From Alphaproteobacteria bacterium (GTDB taxonomy: Bacteria; Pseudomonadota; Alphaproteobacteria; SP197): a stretch of DNA of 64,000 nucleotides. This document shows positions 17,851 through 27,408 of the stretch, piece by piece. The notes beneath the pieces were generated by a model. That model saw only the letters and a list, made by a program, of their open reading frames with translations. It was not told the origin of the DNA and searched no databases. Every line of letters starts with the position of its first letter. Position 1 is the first letter of the stretch. The position numbers and the translations under genes were made by a program. The stretch covers positions 1,278,235 through 1,342,234 of the forward strand of contig OZ251464.1 of NCBI GenBank assembly GCA_965242595.1. The letters run 5' to 3'.

Positions 17851-19591
17851 GTTCACGGCCCGTATCCAGGCGCTGATGGCGGAGCTGCTGCCCGCCGCCG
17901 GCGCCGCCACGCTGGAGCGCATCCAGGTGGAGCCGCCCCGCGATCCGGCCCATGGCGATCTGGCCACCAACGCCGCCCTGGTGGCCGCCCGCCCGGCCGC
18001 CATGGCGCCGCCCGAACTGGCCCGCCAACTGGCCTCCCGGCTGGCGGGCGACCCGGATGTCGCCAGCGCCCAGGCGGCGGGGCCGGGTTTCGTCAACATC
18101 CGGCTGCGCAACGCCTTCTGGCACCGGCTGCTGGGCCAGCGTCTGCGCCATGGCGCCATGGCCGGGATCGCCGATCTCGGGCGCGGCAGGAAGGCCAATG
18201 TGGAATATGTCTCGGCCAATCCCACCGGCCCGCTCCATATCGGCCATGCCCGCGGCGCCGTCTATGGCGATGCGCTGGCGGCGCTGCTGGCGGCCGTCGG
18301 CTTCCGGGTGACGCGCGAATACTATGCCAACGACGCCGGTGCCCAGGTCGATAAGCTGGCCCGCTCGGCCTATCTGCGCTATCTCCAGGCCCTGGGCGAG
18401 GACGTGCCCGCCTGCCGTTTCCAGGGCCTCTATCCGGGCGATTATCTCGCCGCCACCGGCAGGGCGCTGGCCCGCCGGCATGGCGACGCGCTCAAGCGGG
18501 CGGTGGGCGATGGCGGCGGCCCCGACGATCCCCTGCCGCCGCCGCTGGCGCCGGTGCGCCATTTTGCCGTGGAGGCCATGATGGCGCTGATCCGCGCCGA
18601 TCTGGCGCTGCTCGGCATCCGGCAGGATGTGTTCGTGTCGGAGCGGGCGCTGGTGGAATCGGGCGCCATCGAGGCCTGCCTGGCCAAGCTGGAGGGCAAG
18701 GATCTGGTCTATACCGGCACCCTGGAGGCGCCCCGGGGCCGGGTGGGGGAGGATTGGGAACCGTTGCCCCAGACCTTGTTCCGCGCCACCGCCTTCGGCG
18801 ACGACCTCGACCGTCCGCTGAAGAAATCCGACGGCAGCTGGGCCTATTTCGCGCCCGATATCGCCTATCATAACCACAAGGTGGAACGCGGCTTCGACGT
18901 CATGATCGACGTCTTCGGCCGCGACCATGCCGGCTATGTCAAACGGCTGAAGGCGGCGGTCAAGGCGCTTTCCGACGGCCAGGCCGAGTTCGACATTTTG
19001 CTGACCCAGCTGGTGAACCTGTGCGAGAACGGCGTCCCGCTGCGCATGTCGAAGCGGGCCGGGCGCTTCGCCACCCTGCGCGAGGTGGTCGATGCCGTCG
19101 GCAAGGATGTGGTCCGCTTCATCATGGTGACGCGCCGCCCCGACGCGCCGCTGGATTTCGACCTGGTCCGCGTGCGCGAACAGTCCAGGGACAATCCGGT
19201 CTTCTACGTCCACTATGCCCATGCCCGCATCCGTTCGGTCATGCGCCACGCCGGGGAGGCGGGGGCGCCGGGCCTTGCCGACGCTCCCCTGGAGCTGCTG
19301 ACCCATGAGGCGGAGATCGCCCTGATCGCGCTGCTGGCGCGCTGGCCGCGTGTGGTGGAAGGGGCCGCCCTGGCCCGCGAGCCGCACCGCATCGCCGCCT
19401 ATCTCTACGAGCTGGCCGGCGCCTTCCACGCCCTGTGGAACAAGGGCCGCGACGATCCTTCCCTGCGTTTCCTGGGCGGCGATAATGCCGCCATGACACG
19501 CGCGCGGCTGGCGCTGCTGGAGGATGTGCGGCAGACCATCGCCGCCGGCCTGCGCCTGTTCGGCGTCGAGCCCAGAGAGGAGATGCGCTGA
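17834..19591 (+). CDS. argS: Arginine--tRNA ligase
   Basis: ANPTGPLHIGHARGAVYGDALA is the HIGH motif. 585 aa with a class I synthetase architecture and a DALR-type C-terminus. Confidence 0.9.
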   Translation: MNPYREFTARIQALMAELLPAAGAATLERIQVEPPRDPAHGDLATNAALVAARPAAMAPPELARQLASRLAGDPDVASAQAAGPGFVNIRLRNAFWHRLLGQRLRHGAMAGIADLGRGRKANVEYVSANPTGPLHIGHARGAVYGDALAALLAAVGFRVTREYYANDAGAQVDKLARSAYLRYLQALGEDVPACRFQGLYPGDYLAATGRALARRHGDALKRAVGDGGGPDDPLPPPLAPVRHFAVEAMMALIRADLALLGIRQDVFVSERALVESGAIEACLAKLEGKDLVYTGTLEAPRGRVGEDWEPLPQTLFRATAFGDDLDRPLKKSDGSWAYFAPDIAYHNHKVERGFDVMIDVFGRDHAGYVKRLKAAVKALSDGQAEFDILLTQLVNLCENGVPLRMSKRAGRFATLREVVDAVGKDVVRFIMVTRRPDAPLDFDLVRVREQSRDNPVFYVHYAHARIRSVMRHAGEAGAPGLADAPLELLTHEAEIALIALLARWPRVVEGAALAREPHRIAAYLYELAGAFHALWNKGRDDPSLRFLGGDNAAMTRARLALLEDVRQTIAAGLRLFGVEPREEMR

Positions 19592-19593
19592 CC

Positions 19594-20688
19594 ATGCGGC
19601 GCGAACCGAAGCTTTTCGGCGGCGAACGGCCGCCGCCCGAACAAGGCGCCCCACCGGCCCAGGAGCCCACCCCGGAACCCGCCCCGGCCCCCGAGACCCC
19701 GGCGCAGGAGGCGACGGCGGGCGTTGCCCCGGCGACCGGCGGCGCCCCGCCATGGCGCCGGATCGCGGTCTGGGCGGCGGCGGTCGTCGCCGTCGTCGCC
19801 GCCATCTGGGGTGGCTACAGCCTGCTCGGGGGCGAGAGCGCGCCGCAGGACATCCCCTTCTTCACGGCCGAGGAAGGCCCCTTCAAGGTCCGCCCCGAAG
19901 AGCCGGGCGGAACCCAGATCCCCAATCAGGACATGCTGGTGCTCGAAGGCTCCATCTCCGGCCAGCGCGAGGAGGGGCTGGAGGTGCTGCTGCCGCGCCC
20001 GGAAGAACCGCTGCCCCTCGACAGCGCGGACGCAGTGGATGTTGCGGATACGGCGGACACCGCCGCTGCCGGTGGGCAGGAGGCACCCGGCCTTGCCGGG
20101 GAGGGAGAGGCCGGGGAAGGAGGGGAAGACGAGGTCGTCGATGTCGCCGCCCCGGCCGTGAACGAAGTGGACGAGGCGGCCGAAGGCCAGGCCCTGTTCA
20201 CCCCCGAACAGGTGGATGCCCTGGTGGAGGCGGCTGTGCCGGGCGAGGGCGAGATTCCGCTCCTCGCCGTGCCGGTGCCGGGCTTCAAGCCCGCCCAGGC
20301 GTTCGCCAGCGGCGCGACCGCCGCCGCCGCCGCCACCGTGACCACGGATGGCGGGGAAAGCGGCAGCCTTTCCCTGGACGACATCGCCTCGGCGATCGGT
20401 ATCGACGATGGGACGGGGGGCGCGGGGGCGCCAGCGTCGGATGGCGTCGTCCGGGTCCAGATCGCGTCCTATTCGTCGGGCGGCGATGCGGAGACCGCCT
20501 GGCAGAGGCTCCAGCGCCGCCATCCCGACCTGCTGGCCGAAATGGAAGCGCGCATCGCCGAGACCGCGATCGGAAACGCCACCTATTGGCGCCTCCAGGT
20601 CGGCGCCTTCCCCCGCCGTTCCGACGCCGACCGCTTCTGTGACGAACTGAAAAAGCGCGACGTGGATTGCCTGGTGGTGGCGCCCTGA
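19594..20688 (+). CDS. SPOR domain-containing protein (N-terminal TM, low-complexity Pro/Glu/Ala linker, C-terminal SPOR)
   Basis: C-terminal VVRVQIASYSSGGDAETAWQRLQRRHPDLL...YWRLQVGAFPRRSDADRFCDELKKRDVDCLVV is the SPOR fold. Its position after argS is conserved in alphaproteobacteria (established knowledge). Confidence 0.7.
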   Translation: MRREPKLFGGERPPPEQGAPPAQEPTPEPAPAPETPAQEATAGVAPATGGAPPWRRIAVWAAAVVAVVAAIWGGYSLLGGESAPQDIPFFTAEEGPFKVRPEEPGGTQIPNQDMLVLEGSISGQREEGLEVLLPRPEEPLPLDSADAVDVADTADTAAAGGQEAPGLAGEGEAGEGGEDEVVDVAAPAVNEVDEAAEGQALFTPEQVDALVEAAVPGEGEIPLLAVPVPGFKPAQAFASGATAAAAATVTTDGGESGSLSLDDIASAIGIDDGTGGAGAPASDGVVRVQIASYSSGGDAETAWQRLQRRHPDLLAEMEARIAETAIGNATYWRLQVGAFPRRSDADRFCDELKKRDVDCLVVAP

Positions 20689-20689
20689 G

Positions 20690-21682
20690 ATGGCGCGCGC
20701 CCTGATCGCCGACCTCTCCGGCCCTCGCCTGACGGAGGCCGAGCGGCGCTTCCTGGGCGAATGTCAGCCGCTGGGCATCGTCCTGTTCGCGCGCAATGCC
20801 GAAAGCCCCGGCCAGTTGGCCGACCTGGTCGGCGACATTCGCGCCGCCCTGGGCCGGGCCGACGCGCCGGTCACGATCGACCAGGAGGGTGGGCGCGTGG
20901 CCCGGCTGCGGGAGCCGCACTGGTGGTCCGGGGTGGCGGCGGCCCGGCTGGGGCAGGCCGGGGCGGAGGCATGCCGTCTGGCGGCCAGGCTGATGGCCTG
21001 CGATCTGGCGGCGGCCGCCATCGATGTGGTCTGCGCACCGTGCCTCGATCTGCGTCTGGCGGGCGGGCACCGGGTGATCGGCGATCGCGCCTTTTCCGAC
21101 TGTCCCGCCACGGTCGCCGCCTGCGGCAGGGCCTTCTGCCAGGGCCTGATCGAAGGCGGCGTGCAGCCGATGGTGAAGCATCTGCCCGGCCATGGGCGGG
21201 CGGGCGCGGATCCCCACCACGCCCTGCCGGTGGTCGATGCCGATCTGGCGACGCTGCGCGGGCAGGATTTCGCGCCCTTCCGGGCGCTGGCCGACATGGC
21301 ATGGGGCATGACCGCCCATGTGGTCTTCATGGCCGTGGATGCGGAACGCCCGGCCACCTGGTCGCCGGCGGTCATCGGCGACGCGATCCGGGGCCAGATC
21401 GGTTTCGACGGCGTGCTGGTCAGCGACGCCATCGACATGGCCGCCCTTTCCGGCAGCCACGAGCGGCGGGCGCGGCTGGCCCTGGCGGCGGGCTGCGATG
21501 TCGTCATGCACTGCAACCAGCCGCTGGAACAACGCCTTGCCGTCGCCCGCGCCGTGCCCGAACTGGCGGGCGAATCGCTGTGCCGGGTGAAGGCGGCCGC
21601 GGCGGCCAGGCGCCCGCCCGCGCCCGGCTTCGACCCGGCGGGCGCCCATGCCAGGCTGGACGAGCTGCTGGCCCGGCGATGA
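20690..21682 (+). CDS. nagZ: Beta-N-acetylhexosaminidase NagZ (GH3)
   Basis: GIVLFARN...TIDQEGGRVARL...KHLPGHGRAGADPH are GH3 NagZ motifs. Confidence 0.85.
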   Translation: MARALIADLSGPRLTEAERRFLGECQPLGIVLFARNAESPGQLADLVGDIRAALGRADAPVTIDQEGGRVARLREPHWWSGVAAARLGQAGAEACRLAARLMACDLAAAAIDVVCAPCLDLRLAGGHRVIGDRAFSDCPATVAACGRAFCQGLIEGGVQPMVKHLPGHGRAGADPHHALPVVDADLATLRGQDFAPFRALADMAWGMTAHVVFMAVDAERPATWSPAVIGDAIRGQIGFDGVLVSDAIDMAALSGSHERRARLALAAGCDVVMHCNQPLEQRLAVARAVPELAGESLCRVKAAAAARRPPAPGFDPAGAHARLDELLARR

Positions 21683-22374
21683 CGGCGGCCATGTCCGACA
21701 TCCTCTACCAGGTTTCGGTCTGGCTGCTGCCGGCGCTGACCGCGATCACCCTGCACGAAGCGGCCCACGGCTTCGTGGCCTGGAAGCTGGGCGACGACAC
21801 GGCCCGGCGGCAGGGCCGCGTCACCTTCAACCCGCTGCGCCATATCGACCTGTTCGGCACCGTCATCCTGCCGGGCCTGCTGTTGCTGGCGCGTGCGCCC
21901 TTCCTGTTCGGCTATGCCCGTCCGGTGCCGGTGGATCCCAGCCGCCTGCGCCATCCCCGGCGCGACATGGTGTGGGTGGCGGCGGCGGGGCCGGGCGCCA
22001 ATCTGATCATGGCCTTCGTGGCGGCGCTGGCGATGCATGCCCTCGACCTGCTGCCCGAGGCCGCTCGCATGTGGACCCTGGAAAATCTGCGCAACGCCCT
22101 GGTGCTGAACGCCGTGCTGGCGGTTTTCAACATGCTGCCGCTGCCGCCGCTGGATGGCGGACGGGTGGTGACCGGCCTGCTGCCGCCCGCCCTGGCCCGC
22201 CCCTTCGCCCGCCTGGAACGCTTCGGCCTGGCCATCGTCGTGGCGCTGGTGGTGCTGCCGCCGCTGGTGGGCCAGCAGCTGGGCGTGGATGTGGGCATCA
22301 TGCGCTGGCTGCTGCTGCCGCCGGTGGAATACACCATCGGCGCCGTTCTGGTGCTGGCGGGGCAGGGGGGCTGA
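21679..22374 (+). CDS. Site-2 protease family (M50) zinc metalloprotease, membrane
   Basis: HEAAHG zinc motif (HExxH) in the first TM, with a downstream LDGG region. ATGA overlap with the nagZ stop. Confidence 0.7.
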   Translation: MTAAMSDILYQVSVWLLPALTAITLHEAAHGFVAWKLGDDTARRQGRVTFNPLRHIDLFGTVILPGLLLLARAPFLFGYARPVPVDPSRLRHPRRDMVWVAAAGPGANLIMAFVAALAMHALDLLPEAARMWTLENLRNALVLNAVLAVFNMLPLPPLDGGRVVTGLLPPALARPFARLERFGLAIVVALVVLPPLVGQQLGVDVGIMRWLLLPPVEYTIGAVLVLAGQGG

Positions 22375-22380
22375 CCGGCC

Positions 22381-23166
22381 ATGGGCGCCGCCGTGGACGC
22401 CTTCGAGGATCGCTGGCCGCGCGCGGGCGGCGCCGAGGCGGCCTTCGTGGTCGATCTGGACGGTTTCGAAGGGCCGCTGGATACCCTGCTGGCGCTGGCC
22501 AGGCGCCAGAAGGTCGATCTCGCCCGCATCTCCATCCTGGAGCTGGCCGACCAGTATCTGGCCTTCGTGGCCAGCGGGCGCAACATCCGCCTGGATCTCG
22601 CCGCCGACTATCTGGTGATGGCGGCCTGGCTCGCCTATCTGAAATCGCGCCTGCTGCTTCCCGGTGGCGAAGAGGAAGAGGAACCGGCGCCCGGGCTGCT
22701 GGCCGAGGCGCTGCAATTCCACCTGCAACGGCTGGAGGCGATGCGCGAGGGCGCCCGGCGGCTGATGGCGCGCCCGCAGCTGGGGCGCGAGTTCTTCCGC
22801 TGCGGCAGCGCCCAGGAGCTGCCGGTGGAGGACGACATCGTCTGGGAGGCTTCGCTGTTCGAGCTGCTGCGCGCCTATGGCGACCACAGAAAGCGCCGCG
22901 AGGGCCGCAGCTGGCGCCCGGCGCCGGTGACGCTTTTCACCATGGAACAGGCGCTGGAGCGGCTGCGCCCGCTGACCGGCGAACTGCCGCAATGGCGCGA
23001 GCTGGTGGCCCTGCTGCCCGCGGGCGTGAAGGCTGGCCTCGTCTTCCGCTCGGCCGTCGGCGCCACCCTGGCGGCGAGCCTGGAGCTGGCGCGCCAGGGC
23101 GAGATCGAGCTGCGCCAGACGGGCGCCTTCGCGCCGCTGACGCTGCGCTCGCGCCAGGGGCGATGA
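22381..23166 (+). CDS. scpA: Segregation and condensation protein A
   Basis: FEGPLDTLLALARRQKVDLARISILELADQYLAF matches the ScpA N-terminal winged-helix pattern. Confidence 0.8.
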   Translation: MGAAVDAFEDRWPRAGGAEAAFVVDLDGFEGPLDTLLALARRQKVDLARISILELADQYLAFVASGRNIRLDLAADYLVMAAWLAYLKSRLLLPGGEEEEEPAPGLLAEALQFHLQRLEAMREGARRLMARPQLGREFFRCGSAQELPVEDDIVWEASLFELLRAYGDHRKRREGRSWRPAPVTLFTMEQALERLRPLTGELPQWRELVALLPAGVKAGLVFRSAVGATLAASLELARQGEIELRQTGAFAPLTLRSRQGR

Positions 23167-23780
23167 GCGCGCCCCCGGACGATATGGGCCACGATGTGCG
23201 CCTGGTCGAGGCGCTGCTGTTCGCCTCGCCCCAGCCCGTGGCGGAAGAGGAGATCGCCGCCCGCCTGCCGGAAGGGCGGGATGTGGCGGCCTTGCTGGCG
23301 GCGCTTTGCAGCGATTACCGGGGGCGCGGGGTGGAGCCGGTAAAGCTGGCCGGCAGATGGTCGTTCCGCACCGCCGAAGACCTGGCCCCGCGCCTGAAGC
23401 TGCGCCAGCGCCGCCAGCGCCGTATGTCGCGCGCGGCGCTGGAAGTGCTGGCCATCGTCGCCTATCACCAGCCCGTCACCCGCGCCGAGATCGAGGAGAT
23501 GCGCGGCGTTTCGCTGTCGCGCGGCACCCTCGATCTGCTGCTGGAGCTGGGCTGGATCCGCCCTTCCGGGCGCCGCCGCGTTCCGGGCCGCCCGCTGCTG
23601 TGGCGCACCAGCCAGGCGTTTCTGGAGCATTTCGGGCTGGATTCCCTGGACGACCTGCCCGGGCGCGACGAACTCAAGGCCGCCGGCCTGCTGGATCCCC
23701 GGCCCGATCTTCCGCCGCTGGGCCGCCCGCGCGACGCCCCCGCCCCCGGCGATGACGACCGGGAGGCCGGAGTGGGCTGA
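23163..23780 (+). CDS. scpB: Segregation and condensation protein B
   Basis: VRLVEALLFASPQPVAEEEIA...LEVLAIVAYHQPVTRAEIEEMRGVS...GTLDLLLELGWI is the ScpB tandem winged helix. ATGA overlap with scpA. Confidence 0.8.
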   Translation: MSAPPDDMGHDVRLVEALLFASPQPVAEEEIAARLPEGRDVAALLAALCSDYRGRGVEPVKLAGRWSFRTAEDLAPRLKLRQRRQRRMSRAALEVLAIVAYHQPVTRAEIEEMRGVSLSRGTLDLLLELGWIRPSGRRRVPGRPLLWRTSQAFLEHFGLDSLDDLPGRDELKAAGLLDPRPDLPPLGRPRDAPAPGDDDREAGVG

Positions 23781-23801
23781 CCGGCGCCGCGCTGGGGAGG
23801 G

Positions 23802-24113
23802 TCAGCCGTTCGGGCGCGCCCAGCCGTAATAGGTGCTGTGGTCTTGCCAGTTGTAGGGATCGGCCCCCAGGCTGCCGGCGCCGCCGGCGATCCCGTCCAG
23901 ATCGCTGTCGGAAAGGGCGCCGTCCGGGTCGGGTGGAAACACCAGGTGGACCGTTTCGGCTGTGTCCTCGACCACGCGCACCTCGTCGATGGCGGCGGGG
24001 ATGGGCAGGCCCCATGCGTCCAGGGCCGCCTGCGGGTTCGCCTGGATGCGGGCGCGAAAGCCGGCATCCTCGCGCCAGGCCCGCGCGAAATCTTCAACCG
24101 GTGGTGCCTTCAT
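23802..24113 (-). CDS. NHLP (nitrile hydratase leader peptide) family RiPP precursor peptide; predicted core AGSLGADPYNWQDHSTYYGWARPNG after the ...LSDSDLDGIAGG double-Gly site
   Basis: The leader ANPQAALDAWGLPIPAAIDEVRVVEDTAETVHLVFPPDPDGALSDSDLDGIAGG matches the NHLP consensus (...DPKAVLAEAGIELPEGVEIRVVENTDKVFYLVLP...LSDEELEAVAGG). Strong SD GGAGGAAA. Confidence 0.7.
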   Translation of the reverse strand: MKAPPVEDFARAWREDAGFRARIQANPQAALDAWGLPIPAAIDEVRVVEDTAETVHLVFPPDPDGALSDSDLDGIAGGAGSLGADPYNWQDHSTYYGWARPNG

Positions 24114-24435
24114 CTCTGCTTTCCTCCGGGGTTATGCCAGCGCCTGCGCCGTGACATCGTTCGGGGCCGTCCAGGCACCGGCCATCGTTTCTTCGTGTGT
24201 CTGACATCTATCTGGCACGGCGACGGCAAGCTGTCAAGCACCGCTCGTGCATTTTTCGCAGGGCATGAAGAATATATTGCACCTGCCGCGCCACGGGCAG
24301 GGCAGCGCCTGCCGCGACATCGGCGGCGGTCGCGAGCACGGCGCGGGGCTGGCATGGCCCCGGGCACCGGCGTTCCGCCGGCATCGGGCCGGAGCTCCCG
24401 AACCCTTCGCCTCCTGTGCCCCGAGGCGGGGCAGG

Positions 24436-24510
24436 CCCCGTCATTGCGCCCCCTGTCATTGCGCTCTTGTCGTTGCGCCCCCCTGTCATTGTGCCCCTTG
24501 TCATTGCGAA
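24436..24510. repeat. Five perfect-period direct repeats of a 15-bp unit CC(C/T)TGTCATTGCGC(C) in the intergenic region
   Basis: Seen directly: ccccgtcattgcgcc / ccctgtcattgcgct / cttgtcgttgcgccc / ccctgtcattgtgcc / ccttgtcattgcgaa. The array ends 43 bp upstream of the ABC ATPase gene, and is also upstream of the divergent NHLP precursor gene. Confidence 0.6.
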
Positions 24511-24552
24511 TGAGTTGCAGTTAGTCTTCCCGCCTCCATCGGGCCGGGACGG

Positions 24553-25623
24553 ATGACGGCACTTTCCTTTCACGGCGTCGGCCATGCCTATGACGGGCGC
24601 CCGGCGCTCCAGGCGATCGATCTGGAGCTGGCCGGCGGCGAGATCCAGTGCCTGGTCGGCCCGTCGGGCTGTGGCAAGACCACGGCCCTTCGCCTCGCCG
24701 CCGGCCTGGAGGTGCTGGCCGAGGGCGCCATTCGCATCGGCGGGCGCCTGGTTGCCGGCCGCGGCGTCCATCTTCCGCCCGAGGCGCGCGGCGTCGGCAT
24801 GATGTTCCAGGACTTCGCGCTCTTTCCCCATATGACGGCCGCCGCCAATGTCGGCTTCGGCCTGCGGCGGCTGGATCGGCGCGCGCGGCGACGGCGGGCG
24901 GAGGAGCTGCTGGAGCGGGTGGGGCTGGCCGGCTGTGGCGACCGCTATCCCCACGGGCTTTCGGGCGGCGAGCGGCAGCGGGTGGCCCTGGCCCGCGCCC
25001 TGGCGCCGGAACCCCGCGTGATGTTGCTGGACGAACCCTTTTCCGGCCTGGATGTCCGTCTGCGCGAAGAGGTGCGCGAGCGGACGCTGGCCGTGCTGCG
25101 CGAGGCCGCCATCGCCGCCCTGGTGGTCACCCACGATGCCGAAGAGGCGATGTATATGGGCTGCCGCATCGCGGTGCTGCAAGGCGGGCGCCTGGTGCAG
25201 AGCGGGCGCCCGGCGGAGGTCTATCGCCGCCCCGCCTCGGCCTTCGTCGCCCGCTTTCTGGGCGAGACCAACCGGCTGGAGGGGGTGGTGCGCCAGGGGC
25301 TGGCGCGCTCGCCTCTGGGCTGTGCCGCGGCCGACGGACTGGGCGAGGGCGAGGCGGTGGACCTGCTGATCCGCCCGGAGGGCCTGCGCCTTATCGCCAG
25401 CTGCGGCGGCTGTGCCAGCGGCGAGGGGCACTGGGCCCGGGTTCTGGCCTGCCATCCCCTGGGCCACAGCCATCTGGTGACGCTGGGCCTGGACGATGGC
25501 CAGCGGCTGCGGGCGCGCATCTCCGGGCAGGAGCCGCCGCCGCCCGGCGCCGAAGTGGCGGTGACCATCGCCGAGGGCGCCGCGCTGGTGTTCCCCCGCC
25601 AGGGCCGCCCGCCGCCAGCCTGA
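24553..25623 (+). CDS. ABC transporter ATP-binding protein with C-terminal TOBE-like domain (PotA/FbpC/CysA type)
   Basis: Walker [10 protein letters not shown], signature [15 protein letters not shown], Walker B MLLDEP. No permease or SBP gene adjacent. Confidence 0.8.
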   Translation: MTALSFHGVGHAYDGRPALQAIDLELAGGEIQCLVGPSGCGKTTALRLAAGLEVLAEGAIRIGGRLVAGRGVHLPPEARGVGMMFQDFALFPHMTAAANVGFGLRRLDRRARRRRAEELLERVGLAGCGDRYPHGLSGGERQRVALARALAPEPRVMLLDEPFSGLDVRLREEVRERTLAVLREAAIAALVVTHDAEEAMYMGCRIAVLQGGRLVQSGRPAEVYRRPASAFVARFLGETNRLEGVVRQGLARSPLGCAAADGLGEGEAVDLLIRPEGLRLIASCGGCASGEGHWARVLACHPLGHSHLVTLGLDDGQRLRARISGQEPPPPGAEVAVTIAEGAALVFPRQGRPPPA

Positions 25624-25744
25624 ACCGCCCGCGGCGATTTGCGCTGGCGGGAGGGCGCCAGGACCGCTATATGTGGCGCTTGGGGACGAAGGCGCCACGG
25701 GCGCGGCCGGCCCTTCGGGAACGGAACAGCCACGAGGTTCGCAG

Positions 25745-25984
25745 ATGGGTACCTTCAGCATATGGCACTGGCTGATCGTGTTGGTGATCGTCCTGCTGTT
25801 GTTCGGCCGCGACCGGATTCCCAAGCTGGCCGGCGATCTCGCCAGGGGCATCAAGGAGTTCAAGTCGGGCATGAAGGACGATGACAAGGCGGCGGCCAGA
25901 ACCGTCGAGGAGGCGCCGCCTACCATCGAGGGCGGCCAGGTTGCGGCCGGCAAGGACGGCGCCAAGGACAAGACCGTCGCCTGA
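25745..25984 (+). CDS. tatA: Twin-arginine translocase subunit TatA
   Basis: [40 protein letters not shown] is canonical TatA/E. Confidence 0.8.
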   Translation: MGTFSIWHWLIVLVIVLLLFGRDRIPKLAGDLARGIKEFKSGMKDDDKAAARTVEEAPPTIEGGQVAAGKDGAKDKTVA

Positions 25985-26006
25985 ACGGGCGTGAAGGCGC
26001 GGCGCC

Positions 26007-26396
26007 ATGTTCGATCTCGGCTGGTTCGAGTTGGCGATCGTCGGCGCCTTGCTGCTGGTGGTCGTCGGCCCTAAAGATCTGCCCCTGGTGCTGCGCACCG
26101 TCGGCGTGTGGACCGGCAAGGCCAGGAGAATGGCGCGCGATTTCCAGCGCGCCCTGGACGATTACGCCAAGGAGGCCGAGCTCGACGGCGTCAAGAAGGC
26201 GGTGGAAGCCCCGGGCAAGGCGAGAAAGGCCGTGGCCGGGGCCCTGGATCCGGGCGGCGGGCTGAAGAAACAGCTGACCGAGACCGGGGGTGAGTTGCGC
26301 GACCGCCTCAAGGATGCGGGCGAAGCGGTGGCCGACAAGCCGGCGGCGCCCAAGGTGGCCACCGGCGATGGCGCCAAGGCCGGCCCGGCGTCGTGA
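26007..26396 (+). CDS. tatB: Twin-arginine translocase subunit TatB
   Basis: MFDLGWFELAIVGALLLVVVGPKDLPLVLRTVGVWTGKARRMARDFQ. Confidence 0.8.
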   Translation: MFDLGWFELAIVGALLLVVVGPKDLPLVLRTVGVWTGKARRMARDFQRALDDYAKEAELDGVKKAVEAPGKARKAVAGALDPGGGLKKQLTETGGELRDRLKDAGEAVADKPAAPKVATGDGAKAGPAS

Positions 26397-27400
26397 TCCG
26401 CGATATCGACAACACCAAGCTGCCGCTGCTGGAGCATCTGATCGAGCTGCGGCGGCGCCTGGTGCGCAGCGCCATCGTGGTGATTCTGGCCTTCCTGCCC
26501 TGTTTCTATTTCGCGCCCGCGGTCTTCAACTTCCTGGCCCTGCCGCTTTACGAAGCCTATGGGCTGGCCCCGGCCGAGACCGGCGCCCCCGGCGAAGACG
26601 GCTGGCTGGAGCGGATGCTGCACGACGCCTGGCTGCTGTTTTCCGACGAGGCGCCCGAGGCCGCGCCACCGGAGGAAGGCACCGTGACCGAGGGGGCGAC
26701 CATCGACCGCAGCCTGGAGAGCGAGTTCCCGCCGCGCTTCATCTTCACCAGCCCGCAGGAGGCGTTCCTGACCTATGTCAAGGTCGGCTTCTTCGTTTCG
26801 CTGTGCCTGTCGCTGCCCTTTCTCGCCTATCAGATCTGGGCCTTCACGGCGCCGGGCCTCTATCGGCGGGAAAAGAAGGTGGTTCTGCCCTTCATGCTGG
26901 TGTTCCCGCTGCTGTTCGCGCTGGGGGCGGCGATGGTCTATTACGCCTTCTTTCCCGTCGCCCTGAAATTCTTCCTCGGTTTCCAGCAGACCGGCGATTT
27001 CGGCCGCCTGCCCATCGTCATGGAGGTCCGGGTCAGCGAGTATTTCTCGCTGTTGCTGAAACTGTTGTTCGCTTTCGGGATCAGCTTCCAGCTGCCGCTG
27101 GCGATGACGCTTCTGGCCCGTACCGGGGCGGTCACCGCCGAAGGGATGAGGCGCAAGCGCAAATACGCCATCGTCGCCGTGTTCGTGCTGGCGGCCGTGA
27201 TCACGCCGCCCGACCCCTTCAGCCAGCTGGGTCTGGCCCTGCCGCTGGTCGCCCTTTACGAGATCTCGATTTGGTGCGCCGGCATCGCCGAACGCCGCCG
27301 CGCGCAAGGTGGCGAGGAGGCCGGCCAGGAAGCGCGGGAGGAAGCCGTGCCCGAGGATGAGGACGGCTTCGAAGAGACCGATTTCAACCCCACGCGCTGA
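26393..27400 (+). CDS. tatC: Twin-arginine translocase subunit TatC (with about 55-aa insertion in the first periplasmic loop)
   Basis: [15 protein letters not shown]...[14 protein letters not shown]...six TM segments. 335 aa versus about 250-270 typical; the extra acidic segment is [13 protein letters not shown]...[16 protein letters not shown]. Confidence 0.85.
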   Translation: MIRDIDNTKLPLLEHLIELRRRLVRSAIVVILAFLPCFYFAPAVFNFLALPLYEAYGLAPAETGAPGEDGWLERMLHDAWLLFSDEAPEAAPPEEGTVTEGATIDRSLESEFPPRFIFTSPQEAFLTYVKVGFFVSLCLSLPFLAYQIWAFTAPGLYRREKKVVLPFMLVFPLLFALGAAMVYYAFFPVALKFFLGFQQTGDFGRLPIVMEVRVSEYFSLLLKLLFAFGISFQLPLAMTLLARTGAVTAEGMRRKRKYAIVAVFVLAAVITPPDPFSQLGLALPLVALYEISIWCAGIAERRRAQGGEEAGQEAREEAVPEDEDGFEETDFNPTR

Positions 27401-27408
27401 GGCGGCCC

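Noticed and set aside
24208-25971. 587-aa minus ORF next to the NHLP precursor, considered as a possible maturase or exporter partner
   Set aside because: It is antisense to the clear ABC ATPase on the plus strand. The composition is R/G/A/P-rich with no rSAM CxxxCxxC, LanM, YcaO or C39 motifs.
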